Positions 41,445 to 50,818 of a DNA stretch of 64,000 nt are shown here, one piece after another. The stretch is from an uncultured Acidimicrobiia bacterium. Lineage in GTDB: Bacteria; Actinomycetota; Acidimicrobiia; Acidimicrobiales; AC-14. The position numbers and the translations under genes are program-made. The notes under the pieces were generated by a model, which searched no databases, had not been told where the DNA came from, and worked only from the letters and a program-made list of their open reading frames with translations. Positions within the stretch are counted from its first letter, which is position 1. Every line of letters begins with the position of its first letter. The stretch is from NCBI GenBank assembly GCA_963836205.1, contig CAWIIV010000019.1:42042-106041 (forward strand), in the 5' to 3' direction.

Positions 41445-42410
41445 TCACCAGCGGTGCTCCCAGCCGACGTCGGGCAGGGCGGCGTCGCGCAGGCGGCGTT
41501 CGGAGGGGTCGGCGGTGCAGTAGCCGATCTCCAGCGGCAGGCCGAGGCCGAGCTCGACGAAGACGGTGGCCACCCGGGCGGGGTCGGGGGCGGCGAAGAC
41601 CAGCTCGTAGTCCTCGCCCCCGCCGAGGGCGAGCAGCTCGGGCTCGTCGCTCACCCGGGACACGCCCACCGCCACCGGCACCTTCTCCACCACCACGCCC
41701 ACGCCCGATGCGGCGGCCAGGTGGCGGAGATCGGAGGCCAGGCCGTCGGACACGTCGATCATGGCCGTGGCCCCCGCGGCCCTCGCCGCCGACCCCTCGG
41801 CCAGGCGGGCCCGCGGCCGGCGATGGGCGAGCACGAGGTCGGCGAAGGCGGCCGCCTCCCCGCCCAGCCCGGCGGCACCCGCCCGCAGCACGGCCAGCCC
41901 CGCGGCCGACGACCCCAGGGGGCCGGTGACGAACAGGCGGTCGCCGGGACGGGCTCCCGATCGCAGCACGGGGCCGGGAGACGACTGCCCGCCGTCGCCG
42001 GCGATGGCCACCGACACCACGAGCGTCGGCGCCGACGTCATGTCGCCGCCCACGACCGGGCAGGCATAGGCGAGCGACGCCTCCAGCAACCCGTCGTAGA
42101 GGAGCCCCACGTCGACCTCGCCGAGCGGCCCGGCCACGCTCACCACCGCGGCCAGCGGCCGGCCCCCCACCGCGGCCACGTCGCTCACGTTGGCCACCAA
42201 CGCCTTCCATCCGAAGTCGTCCAGCCCCACGAGGGAGAGGTCGGCGTGCACTCCGGCGACCACCGCGTCGCACGCGAGGAGGAGGGCGCCCGCCGGTCCG
42301 GGCACCAGGGCCACGTCGTCGCCGACCCAGATCTGCCCGTCGGGGCCCGTCATCCGTCGGCGCAACTGCTCGATGAGGGCGAACTCGCCCGGTAGAGTCG
42401 TGAAGTTCAC
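41445..42410 (-). CDS. thiL: Thiamine-monophosphate kinase
   Basis: GEFALI, GDD, NVSDVAAVGG.P, VGGD, RSGARPGD, MIDVSDGL..DL, GGEDYEL, GWEH. Confidence 0.95.
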   Translation of the reverse strand: MNFTTLPGEFALIEQLRRRMTGPDGQIWVGDDVALVPGPAGALLLACDAVVAGVHADLSLVGLDDFGWKALVANVSDVAAVGGRPLAAVVSVAGPLGEVDVGLLYDGLLEASLAYACPVVGGDMTSAPTLVVSVAIAGDGGQSSPGPVLRSGARPGDRLFVTGPLGSSAAGLAVLRAGAAGLGGEAAAFADLVLAHRRPRARLAEGSAARAAGATAMIDVSDGLASDLRHLAAASGVGVVVEKVPVAVGVSRVSDEPELLALGGGEDYELVFAAPDPARVATVFVELGLGLPLEIGYCTADPSERRLRDAALPDVGWEHRW

Positions 42411-42450
42411 GTTACGCGTCCCCGGACCACCTAGATTCGCTGGAGGCCTC

Positions 42451-42693
42451 TTGCAGGGCGTCATCAAGTCGTACGACCCCGGTACCAAGGAAGGCGTCCT
42501 CGTCCGGGACACCGATCGCAGCGAGTACGACCTCGCGACCGACGCCATCACCGGGTCGGTCTTCCGCATGCTTCGGCAGGGGCAGCGGGTCGTGTTCGAC
42601 CTCGACGGCGCGGGTCGGGCCACCAAGCTGCGGCTTGGGTCCGAAGTCGACATGGGTACACCAGGGTTCCCCCCCAGAGTGAAAGAGGATTGA
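42451..42693 (+). CDS. Small cold-shock-like OB-fold protein
   Basis: GGAGG RBS plus TTG; [25 protein letters not shown]. Stop overlaps the pckG ATG. Confidence 0.75.
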   Translation: MQGVIKSYDPGTKEGVLVRDTDRSEYDLATDAITGSVFRMLRQGQRVVFDLDGAGRATKLRLGSEVDMGTPGFPPRVKED

Positions 42694-44519
42694 TGGCCCA
42701 GATCACGAACACGAACCAGATCACGAACACGAAGACGACGAACCAGAAGCTGTTGGCGTGGGTCGACGAGATGGCGGCCCTGTGCACGCCCGACAAGGTC
42801 GAGTGGTGCGACGGCTCCCAGGAGGAGTACGACCGCCTCTGCCAGCTCCTGGTCGACGGGGGCACCCTCACCGCCCTCGACCCCGAGAAGCGCCCGGGCA
42901 GCTACTGGGCCACGTCCGACCCCGGCGACGTCGCCCGCGTCGAGGACCGCACCTACATCTGCTCGGCCGAGGCGATCGACGCCGGTCCCACCAACAACTG
43001 GCGTGACCCGGCGGAGATGAAGGAAGTCCTCACCGGCCTGTTCAAGGGCTCGATGAAGGGTCGCACCATGTACGTGGTGCCCTTCAGCATGGGCCCCCTC
43101 GGCTCGCCCATCGCCCACATCGGCGTGGAGCTGTCCGACTCCGCCTACGTGGCCATCAACATGCGGATCATGACCCGCATGGGCCAGGCCGTCCTCGACA
43201 CCCTGGGCGACGGCGAGTTCGTCCCCTGCCTGCACTCGGTGGGCGCCCCCCTCGCGGAGGGCCAGGCCGACGTGTCCTGGCCGTGCGACGCGGAGAACAA
43301 GTACATCGTCCACTTCCCCGAGGAGCGCACGATCTGGTCCTACGGGTCGGGCTACGGCGGCAACGCCCTCCTGGGCAAGAAGTGCTTCGCCCTGCGCATC
43401 GCCTCGGTCATGGCCCGCGACCAGGGCTGGCTGGCGGAGCACATGCTCATCCTCAAGCTCACCTCGCCGGAGAAGGTCGTCCGATACGTGGCCGCCGCCT
43501 TCCCGTCGGCCTGCGGCAAGACCAACCTGGCCATGCTCGTGCCCACCCTGCCCGGCTGGGACGTCCAGACCGTCGGCGACGACATCTGCTGGATGAAGTA
43601 CGGCGACGACGGCCAGCTCTACGCCATCAACCCCGAGGCCGGGTTCTTCGGCGTGGCCCCGGGCACGTCCGACGACACCAACCCCAACGCCATGACCACC
43701 TTGGAGAAGAACTCCCTGTTCACCAACACCGCCCTCACCGACGACGGGGACGTGTGGTGGGAGGACATGACCAAGGAGAAGCCGGCCCACCTCATCGACT
43801 GGAAGCGCAACGACTGGAGCCCGGAGTCGAAGACCCCGGCCGCCCACCCCAACGCCCGCTTCACCACACCCGCCAGCCAGTGCCCGGTGATCGCCCCCGA
43901 GTGGGAGGACCCCAAGGGCGTGCCGATCTCGGCCATCCTCTTCGGCGGCCGCCGCTCGACGGTGATCCCCCTGGTGCACGAGTCGTTCAGCTGGCAGCAC
44001 GGGGTGTTCCTGGGCTCGATCATGGCCTCGGAGACCACCGCGGCCCAGGCCGGCGCGGTCGGCAACCTCCGCCGTGACCCCTTCGCCATGCTGCCGTTCT
44101 GCGGCTACAACATGGCCGACTACCTGGGCCACTGGCTCGACGTGGGCAACGCCGCCGCCGACCAGTCCAAGCTGCCCAAGCTCTACTACGTCAACTGGTT
44201 CCGCAAGAGCCCCGAGGGCAAGTGGCTGTGGCCCGGGTTCGGCGAGAACAGCCGGGTTCTGGCCTGGATCTTCGGCCGCATCACCGGCCAGGCCGACGCG
44301 GTGGAGACGGTCATCGGCAACCTGCCGACACCCGAGTCGCTCGACACCACCGGCCTCGACGTCGACGACGCGGCCATGGCCGAGCTGCTCCGGGTGGACG
44401 TGGAGGATTGGCGGGCCGAGGTGCCCTCGATCGAGGACCACTACGCCAAGCTGGGCGAGCGCCTCCCCGTCGCCCTCAAGGACGAGTTGCAGGCCTTGGA
44501 GAAGCGGCTCAGCGCCTAG
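42693..44519 (+). CDS. pckG: GTP-dependent phosphoenolpyruvate carboxykinase
   Basis: [68 protein letters not shown]. Confidence 0.98.
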   Translation: MAQITNTNQITNTKTTNQKLLAWVDEMAALCTPDKVEWCDGSQEEYDRLCQLLVDGGTLTALDPEKRPGSYWATSDPGDVARVEDRTYICSAEAIDAGPTNNWRDPAEMKEVLTGLFKGSMKGRTMYVVPFSMGPLGSPIAHIGVELSDSAYVAINMRIMTRMGQAVLDTLGDGEFVPCLHSVGAPLAEGQADVSWPCDAENKYIVHFPEERTIWSYGSGYGGNALLGKKCFALRIASVMARDQGWLAEHMLILKLTSPEKVVRYVAAAFPSACGKTNLAMLVPTLPGWDVQTVGDDICWMKYGDDGQLYAINPEAGFFGVAPGTSDDTNPNAMTTLEKNSLFTNTALTDDGDVWWEDMTKEKPAHLIDWKRNDWSPESKTPAAHPNARFTTPASQCPVIAPEWEDPKGVPISAILFGGRRSTVIPLVHESFSWQHGVFLGSIMASETTAAQAGAVGNLRRDPFAMLPFCGYNMADYLGHWLDVGNAAADQSKLPKLYYVNWFRKSPEGKWLWPGFGENSRVLAWIFGRITGQADAVETVIGNLPTPESLDTTGLDVDDAAMAELLRVDVEDWRAEVPSIEDHYAKLGERLPVALKDELQALEKRLSA

Positions 44520-44549
44520 TCTTCCGGCGACCCGAGAAGGAGGGTGCGG

Positions 44550-44786
44550 ATGTCGGTCCGTGCGTACGTGCTGATCCAGACCGAGGTGGGCAAGTCCACC
44601 CAGGTCGCCCACACCGTGGCCGACATCGAAGGGGTGGTGGCGTCGGAGGGCGTCATGGGCCCCTACGACGTCATCGCCCGGGCGGAGGCGGAGTCGAACG
44701 ACGCCATGAACAAGCTCGTCGTCAACCGGATCCAGCTCATCGACGGGATCACCCGCACCCTCACCTGCCCCGTGGTCAACCTGTAG
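44550..44786 (+). CDS. Stand-alone Lrp/AsnC ligand-binding domain protein
   Basis: AYVLIQTEVGK, GPYDVI.RAE, GITRTLTCPVV. Confidence 0.9.
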   Translation: MSVRAYVLIQTEVGKSTQVAHTVADIEGVVASEGVMGPYDVIARAEAESNDAMNKLVVNRIQLIDGITRTLTCPVVNL

Positions 44787-44806
44787 CAACCGTTTATCAG
44801 TCTGAG

Positions 44807-45163
44807 TTACTTCAGCAGTGCGGCCCGGATGGCGAGGCCCATCACGAAGAGGCCGCCGAAGCCGTAGAGCAGGTACAGGCGGTGCTTCAGCTGCTGGCGG
44901 TAGGAGTGGATGATCGCCACCGAGATGATGGCGAGGAACCCGTAGAAGGTGTGGAACTGGGGGGTATCGACGTTGTCGACCGCCATCAGCCACACGCCCA
45001 GGATCACCTCCACGAACACCGCCACCTGGGCGAAGGCGGTGAACCACCACAGGGACCGGGTGCGGAAGTGTGGCCATCGGGCGGCGGCCAGGGCCCACGC
45101 CCCGGCGCCGCCGTTGCCGAGGATGACGACCCACGACCACAAGCCGTGCAGGAACTGCACCAC
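44807..45163 (-). CDS. Small membrane protein
   Basis: Four hydrophobic segments, H.FYG motif. Confidence 0.75.
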   Translation of the reverse strand: MVQFLHGLWSWVVILGNGGAGAWALAAARWPHFRTRSLWWFTAFAQVAVFVEVILGVWLMAVDNVDTPQFHTFYGFLAIISVAIIHSYRQQLKHRLYLLYGFGGLFVMGLAIRAALLK

Positions 45164-45178
45164 GCGCCGCGTCCGGGC

Positions 45179-45967
45179 TCAGAGACCCGCGAACACGTCG
45201 GTCTCGACCGTGCCCGGGGGCGCGTCGACCAGGATGTACCACTCCTGGCCGAAGGCGATCTTGAACATCGCCGGGTCCATGGCCAGGAAGAACGACGACT
45301 CCGAGATCTGGCTCCCGTGGCTGCCCATGGCCTTGCGCTTGAGGTCGACGTAGTGGTGGACGTCGACGGTGGTGGTGATGCGCTCGCCGGGCACGCCGAT
45401 GTCGAGGGTGGTGGGGTCGAGGTCGCCCGGCATGTCCTGGCCTGACGCCACCAGCTCCGCCATCGAGGCGCGGACGAAATCCTTGTCGACGGTGTTCAGG
45501 TAGACCTTGGGCGTCCCCGCCAGCTGCGCCGCCCGCACCCCCACCCGGTGGACCTGGACGTGGTCGGGATGGCCGTACACACCGTTCTCGTCGTAGGCGG
45601 TGAGGACGTCGGCCCCCTCCTCCTCCAGGATGTCGGCCAGCCGGCGTGCCGCCTCCTCCACGTCGGCCTGCCAGAAACAGGTGGGATCGTCGTTCTCGGG
45701 CGTGCCGTCCATCCCCGAGTCGACGTAGCCGAGGAACTCCACCCGGCTGGCGCCCAGGACGGCGGCCGCGGCGTGGGTCTCCTCCACCCGCCGCTGCCAC
45801 AGGGCCTCGCCCGGCTCCAGATAGCCGTCGGCGACCTCGCCTCGCTCACCCCGGGTTGCGACCACCAGCACGACCCGGTGGCCGTCGGCGGCGGCCTTGG
45901 CCATGGTGCCGCCGGTGGCGATGGCCTCGTCGTCGGGGTGGGCGTGGAAGACGACCAAGGTGCTCAT
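45179..45967 (-). CDS. PIG-L family deacetylase (MshB/Mca-like)
   Basis: HAHPDDE, GYVDSGM, YD.NG.YGHPDH, H.SQI. Confidence 0.9.
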   Translation of the reverse strand: MSTLVVFHAHPDDEAIATGGTMAKAAADGHRVVLVVATRGERGEVADGYLEPGEALWQRRVEETHAAAAVLGASRVEFLGYVDSGMDGTPENDDPTCFWQADVEEAARRLADILEEEGADVLTAYDENGVYGHPDHVQVHRVGVRAAQLAGTPKVYLNTVDKDFVRASMAELVASGQDMPGDLDPTTLDIGVPGERITTTVDVHHYVDLKRKAMGSHGSQISESSFFLAMDPAMFKIAFGQEWYILVDAPPGTVETDVFAGL

Positions 45968-46052
45968 GGATTCCGAAGCTAGCCCTCGGGACCGGGATGC
46001 TCGGTCCCGATACGGAACTCTGGGCGGACCGGATGCGCCGGTGGCGGCGGGC

Positions 46053-46676
46053 CTACAGCCGGTCGAGGAGCTTGGCCTTCTTGACGTCGAACTCGGCCTG
46101 GGAGATGACGCCCCGCTGGCGCAGCTCCTCCAGTTTCTCCAGCTGCTCGAGGGGGGACAGTTCGCGGCGGCCGGCCATGCGGTCGGCGTCGCGGCCCTGG
46201 GCCAGCTCGATCTGGTGGTGGATCAGGTTCTGGGTGCGCTCGGGGTGGGGGAAGCTGCTGAACAGCTGCTGGCCCCGCTCCCCCGCCGACTCGATGAGCA
46301 GGTCGCCCGCCCCCAGCATGCGCTGGAAGATCGTGGAGTGGAACGACACGTCGTTGAGCCGTTCCAACGGTATCTCCCGGCCCGACTTGGAGATGACGCC
46401 GGTGCGGTGGATGAGGCGGTCGGTGGTGACCACGAACGTGGTGGTGGCCCACTTGGCGTACCGGACCACGAACCACACCAGGGCCAGCACCACCAGCAGG
46501 AGCAGGGGGATCATCGCCAGCCGCTGCACGTCGCCCGCCACCTGGGCCGACACCCCGATGGCGAGGACCAGCACCACCACCAGGGCCACCGCCGGGCCGG
46601 CCAGGAAGAACCAGTGGGGCCGCATCTCGACGACGATGTCCTCGCCCTCGTTCAGGTACTTGCGGGGGAAGGCCAT
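46053..46676 (-). CDS. Membrane bacterial PH-domain protein with C-terminal SHOCT
   Basis: L.EGE......PHW, two TM, VTTDRLI.RTGV, EIPLER.NDV, LEKLEELRQRGVISQAEF..KK.KLL. Confidence 0.88.
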   Translation of the reverse strand: MAFPRKYLNEGEDIVVEMRPHWFFLAGPAVALVVVLVLAIGVSAQVAGDVQRLAMIPLLLLVVLALVWFVVRYAKWATTTFVVTTDRLIHRTGVISKSGREIPLERLNDVSFHSTIFQRMLGAGDLLIESAGERGQQLFSSFPHPERTQNLIHHQIELAQGRDADRMAGRRELSPLEQLEKLEELRQRGVISQAEFDVKKAKLLDRL

Positions 46677-46701
46677 GGGTCGCCCAGGGTAGCGAGGCTG
46701 C

Positions 46702-47274
46702 TCAGGCGAAGAGGCGCAGCTGGCACAGGCGGCCGACGGCGTCGTCCCACGACGCCAGCCGGCGAGCCCGGAGCAGGGGCTGATCGCGGTTGTAGGGACG
46801 GTCGAGCAGCCACGACTGGCACACGTCGGCCAGCAGCTCGGCCTCGACGGGGTTGTCCTCGATGGTGGCGTCGACCCCGATGGCCCGCCCCAACTCGGCC
46901 TTGCCCCCCACGGCCGTGTGGTGGACCTCGTCGAGCGGCAGCCCGTGGGCCTCGAGCCACGACGCGGTGGCGGCGGCCAGGTGGGGGGCACGGGCGGTGA
47001 TGCCCACCATCCGCCACCCGGCGTGGACCAGGGTGGTGACGGCCGCGGCCGCCCCCTCGGCCACCGGGGCGGTGCGGTAGAGCTCGGTGTCGGCGAAGGT
47101 CTCGTCGAGGAAGGCGTGGAAGCGGGCCTCGGGCAGGCCCAGCTGGAGCAGCCGCAGGTCGTAGGTGCGCCAGGTGGCGGGGTGGCTCGACACCCCGAAC
47201 CGGTCGGCGATGCGAGCCGCCACCGCCGGCCCGATGTCGCACAAGACCCCGTCGAGGTCGAGACCGAGAAGCAT
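46702..47274 (-). CDS. HAD 5'(3')-deoxyribonucleotidase-like (NT5C) protein ending in QLRLFA
   Basis: GLDLDGVL motif I, ITAR, T.SWL..HGL, K, IEDN, RPYN. Confidence 0.85.
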   Translation of the reverse strand: MLLGLDLDGVLCDIGPAVAARIADRFGVSSHPATWRTYDLRLLQLGLPEARFHAFLDETFADTELYRTAPVAEGAAAAVTTLVHAGWRMVGITARAPHLAAATASWLEAHGLPLDEVHHTAVGGKAELGRAIGVDATIEDNPVEAELLADVCQSWLLDRPYNRDQPLLRARRLASWDDAVGRLCQLRLFA

Positions 47275-47280
47275 GCCCCG

Positions 47281-47302
47281 AGGCTATCGGGGGGGTGGGA
47301 CA
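47281..47302 (-). promoter_or_regulatory. RecA-NDp/PafBC-type promoter of the HAD gene (leaderless)
   Basis: Minus strand reads TGTCCC-N10-TAGCCT-N6-ATG. Confidence 0.6.
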
Positions 47303-47383
47303 CCGAGCCGCCAGCCGTGGATCGGCCGGACCCGCAATCAACCGGTCGATCCGAACACCGAGCCGCCAGCCGCGGATCGGCCG
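47300..47383. repeat. Two 29-bp direct repeats separated by a 26-bp spacer
   Basis: ACACCGAGCCGCCAGCCG(T/C)GGATCGGCCG at 47300 and 47355. Confidence 0.85.
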
Positions 47384-47456
47384 CCGGATCACGTCCTTGT
47401 GGGTGAGGCAAAGTGACGGCGCCCGGCGGCGGCGCGGCGGCGACCATCCGCGTTTC

Positions 47457-47478
47457 TGTCGCACCCCGTCGGTACGGT
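47457..47478 (+). promoter_or_regulatory. RecA-NDp/PafBC-type promoter of uvrD2 (leaderless)
   Basis: TGTCGC-N10-TACGGT-N7-ATG, compared with the consensus TGTCGG-N10-TA-N3-T. Confidence 0.7.
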
Positions 47479-47485
47479 CGAACGC

Positions 47486-49513
47486 ATGGTCGATGAGGAG
47501 CTGCTGGCCGGGTTGAACCCGGCGCAGCGGCAGGCGGTAGTGAGCGAGGCGGCACCGCTGTGCATCCTGGCCGGGGCGGGGTCGGGCAAGACCCGGGTCC
47601 TCACCCGCCGGATCGCCTGGCGGGTGGCCCAGGGCAGCGCCCTCGCGCCCCACGTCCTGGCCCTCACCTTCACCCGGCGGGCGGCCAACGAGTTGGGCAT
47701 GCGGCTGGCCCAGCTCGGCGTGCGGGAGCAGGTCGCAGCCGGCACCTTCCACGCCGTCGCCTACGGCCAGCTCCGGCGGCTGTGGGCCGACTGGGGCGAA
47801 AGGCCACCGGCCCTGCTCGACCGCAAGGTCCGGCTGTTGGCGTCGCTGCTCCCGAGCCCGGCCGGCGCCCAGGTCCATCCGGCCGACATCGCCACCGAGA
47901 TCGAGTGGGCCAAGGCCCGCATGGTGTCCCCGTCCGTCTACGAGGCGGCCGCCGCGGCCGCCGGGCGTCGGCCCCCCTTGACCGGGGCGGCCATGGCCGT
48001 GCTCTACCAGCGCTACGAGCAGGAGAAGGCCAAGCGCCACCTGGTCGACTTCGACGACCTCCTCCTCCTGTGCGCCACTGCCCTCGAGGTCGACCGCACG
48101 TTCGGCGCCGCCCAGCGGTGGCGGTTCCGGCACCTCTTCGTCGACGAGTTCCAGGACGTCAACCCCCTCCAGTTCCGGCTCCTCGAGGCGTGGCGGGGCG
48201 ACCGCTCCGACCTGTGCGTGGTGGGCGACCCCAACCAGGCCATCTACGCCTGGAACGGGGCCGACCCCGCCTACCTCGCCGCCTTCCGGCTCCGCTTCCC
48301 GACGGCCGAGGTGGTGCACCTCGACGACAACTACCGCTCGTCGCCCCAGATCCTGGCCGTGGCCAACGCCGTCCTCGACAGCTCCGCCGCCGCCACCGGC
48401 GACGAGCACGCGCCCCACCGGCTCCAGGCCCACCAGTCCGCGGGGCCGGTGCCCTCGGTGTCCTCCTGGCCCACCGACCGGGAGGAGGCGGTCGAGGTGG
48501 CCCGCGCCCTCCGCCGCCGGGCCGGCACCACGCCCTGGTCGCACATGGCCGTGCTCACCCGCACCCACGCCCAGCTGCTGCTCTTCGAGGAGGCGCTGCG
48601 GTCGGCGAGGGTGCCCTACCGCCTCCGGGGCCGCGGCGCCTTCCTCGACCAGCCCGAGATCCGGTCGGCCCTGTCCGAGCTCCGCCGTCGTCCGCCCGAC
48701 ACCCTACTGGCGGCGGCGCTGCCCGACCTGCGGGAGATGGCGGAGGAGGCGGAGCCGGAAAGCTCCGCCGGTGAACGGCGGGGCCACCTCGACGGGCTGC
48801 ACCGCATGGCCCAGGAGCATCTGGCCACCGACCCCGCGGCCAGCCTGTCCGGGTTCATGGGGTGGTTGCGGGCGGCGCTGCGAGGCGACGACGCCGTCGA
48901 CAGCGACAACGCGGTCGCCCTCACCACGTTCCACGCGGCCAAGGGCCTGGAGTGGGACATCGTGTTCCTGGCCGGTCTCGAGCACGGCCTGCTACCGATC
49001 AGCTGGGCCGAGACGCCCGAGGCCCTCGCCGAGGAGCGGCGCCTGCTCTATGTCGCCGTCACCCGGGCCCGGGTCGAGCTGCACGCGTCGTGGGCCAAGA
49101 AGCGGTCGTTCGGCGCCCGCTCGCTTACCCGTCAGCCGTCGCCCTACCTGGAGGCGGTCACCGCCGCGGTGCGCGACCTGGCCGAGGGGGGCACGGGCGA
49201 CGGGTGGCGGCGGTGGGTCGACGAGGGCCGGGCCCGCCTGCGGGCGGCCAGCGGCGGGCGCCCGCCTATGGCCGGGGCCAACGCCGATCCCGAAGTGCTG
49301 GAGGCGCTGAAGACGTGGCGGGCCCGCACCGCCCGGGCCACCGGCGTGCCCGCGTTCGTGGTCTTCCACGACACCACCCTGGCCGCGGTGGCCGAGGCCA
49401 AGCCCCGCGATCGCACCGCCCTGCTCGCCCTTCCTGGGGTCGGCCCGGTCAAGGCCGAGCGCTACGGCGACGCCGTGCTCGCGGTCGTGGCCACGTCCGC
49501 ACCCGGAGGTTGA
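47486..49513 (+). CDS. uvrD2: ATP-dependent DNA helicase UvrD2 with HRDC domain
   Basis: AGAGSGKT, VDEFQD, VGDPNQAIY, NYRS, TFHAAKGLEW, EERRLLYVAVTRA; HRDC LKTWR..A...GVPAFVVF.D.TL..GVGPVK. Confidence 0.93.
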   Translation: MVDEELLAGLNPAQRQAVVSEAAPLCILAGAGSGKTRVLTRRIAWRVAQGSALAPHVLALTFTRRAANELGMRLAQLGVREQVAAGTFHAVAYGQLRRLWADWGERPPALLDRKVRLLASLLPSPAGAQVHPADIATEIEWAKARMVSPSVYEAAAAAAGRRPPLTGAAMAVLYQRYEQEKAKRHLVDFDDLLLLCATALEVDRTFGAAQRWRFRHLFVDEFQDVNPLQFRLLEAWRGDRSDLCVVGDPNQAIYAWNGADPAYLAAFRLRFPTAEVVHLDDNYRSSPQILAVANAVLDSSAAATGDEHAPHRLQAHQSAGPVPSVSSWPTDREEAVEVARALRRRAGTTPWSHMAVLTRTHAQLLLFEEALRSARVPYRLRGRGAFLDQPEIRSALSELRRRPPDTLLAAALPDLREMAEEAEPESSAGERRGHLDGLHRMAQEHLATDPAASLSGFMGWLRAALRGDDAVDSDNAVALTTFHAAKGLEWDIVFLAGLEHGLLPISWAETPEALAEERRLLYVAVTRARVELHASWAKKRSFGARSLTRQPSPYLEAVTAAVRDLAEGGTGDGWRRWVDEGRARLRAASGGRPPMAGANADPEVLEALKTWRARTARATGVPAFVVFHDTTLAAVAEAKPRDRTALLALPGVGPVKAERYGDAVLAVVATSAPGG

Positions 49514-49544
49514 CGAGGCGCCCGTCCGGCGCGAAAACAGACCC

Positions 49545-49841
49545 ATGCGTTCCTTCGATTGGCCTGGTGAGGACGGTTGGGCATACCCGGACAGTGAGAA
49601 GGAGCTGGCCGACCCCGACGGCTGGTTCGACGACGACGCGGTGGCCCTGCGGGCGTCGCCGCCCCGCCTCGACGGCCTCGACCCCCTCGAGCGGCAGGTC
49701 ATCGTGGCCCACTACGGCATCGACGGCAGCCCGCCCCGAACCATGAAGCAGCTCCACTACGACCTCGACATCCCCCGGGCCGACCTCCGCACCGCCCTGG
49801 CCGGCGGCCTGGCCAAGCTCCGAATCGAGTTCCTGGCGTAG
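49545..49841 (+). CDS. Small protein with a sigma70 region-4-like HTH
   Basis: LDPLERQVI..HYG.DG..PRTMKQL...L.........L.KLR. Confidence 0.7.
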   Translation: MRSFDWPGEDGWAYPDSEKELADPDGWFDDDAVALRASPPRLDGLDPLERQVIVAHYGIDGSPPRTMKQLHYDLDIPRADLRTALAGGLAKLRIEFLA

Positions 49842-49845
49842 GCGG

Positions 49846-50640
49846 TTACGACGAGAAGTCGGCCAGGAGGGGGGCGTGGTCGGACGGACCCTTGCCCTTG
49901 CGGGCGAAGCGGTCGATGAGGGCCCACGTGGAGCGGTCGGCGAGGACCCGGGTGGCGAGGATGAGGTCGATGCGCAGGCCCCGGCCCTGGTGGAAGTCGC
50001 CGGCCCGGTAGTCCCACCACGAGTAGAGCCGGTCCTGGTCGTAGTGCTGGCGGAAGACGTCGACCAGGCCCCAGTCCCGGAGGGCCGCCACCGCCGCCCG
50101 CTCGGCCGGGCTCACGTGGGTGTTGCCGTGGAGCTTGGTCGGGTCCCAGACGTCACGGTCGTCGGGGGCGACGTTGAAGTCGCCGCACACCACCAGGGGC
50201 TGGGCCGGGTCGCACCCGGTGGCCAGATCCTGGTGCAGCCGGGCCAACCACGCCAGCTTGGCCTCGTAGAACTCGCTGTCGACCATCCGCCCGTTGGGGA
50301 CGTAGACGCTCCCCACCCGCACTCCCCCGCACGTGGCCCACAGCAGGCGGGCCTCGGTGGTCTCGGAGCCAGATTCATCTGGGGCCTGATCGGAGAACCC
50401 GGCGACCACGTCGTCGATCCCCACCCGGCTGAGGATGGCCACCCCGTTCCACTGGCCCTGGCCGCAGTGGGCGGCGTCGTAGCCGAGGGCGGCGAAGGCG
50501 AGGGACGGGAAGGCGCTGTCGGCCAGCTTCGTCTCCTGCAGGCACAGGATGTCGGGTTGGGCGTAGGCCAGCCACTCCTCCACCCGACCCAGGCGGGCCT
50601 TCAGGGAGTTGACGTTCCAGGTCGCGATCCGCATCGCCAC
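49846..50640 (-). CDS. xth: Exodeoxyribonuclease III
   Basis: IATWNVNS, CLQETK, WNGVAI, YVPNG, GDFNVAP, YSWWDYR, GLRID, SDHAP. Confidence 0.96.
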   Translation of the reverse strand: MAMRIATWNVNSLKARLGRVEEWLAYAQPDILCLQETKLADSAFPSLAFAALGYDAAHCGQGQWNGVAILSRVGIDDVVAGFSDQAPDESGSETTEARLLWATCGGVRVGSVYVPNGRMVDSEFYEAKLAWLARLHQDLATGCDPAQPLVVCGDFNVAPDDRDVWDPTKLHGNTHVSPAERAAVAALRDWGLVDVFRQHYDQDRLYSWWDYRAGDFHQGRGLRIDLILATRVLADRSTWALIDRFARKGKGPSDHAPLLADFSS

Positions 50641-50672
50641 CGAGCGTAGGCCCTGGGGTCGGGCACGAGAAA

Positions 50673-50707
50673 CGCCGCATCCCCCAAATGGTTGGGAGAA
50701 TGCGGCG
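50673..50707 (-). terminator. Intrinsic terminator-like hairpin
   Basis: Minus strand CGCCGCATTCTCCCAA-CCAT-TTGGGGGATGCGGCG followed by TTTCT. Confidence 0.65.
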
Positions 50708-50818
50708 CTACATCGTGAAGCAGCTTCGGACAGGTTTTACTGCGTGAAACCTGTCCTGACCGCCACGCTCCAGACCATGTTGCTCAGGCCGGACGACGTG
50801 GCGATCAAGGAAGTGAAC

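Noticed and set aside
41371-42450. TPP riboswitch for thiL/thiD
   Set aside because: No CUGAGA...ACCUG...GGAA signature seen, and the spacer upstream of thiL is only about 40 bp.
47300-47383. CRISPR array
   Set aside because: Only two repeats, no cas genes and no AT-rich leader.
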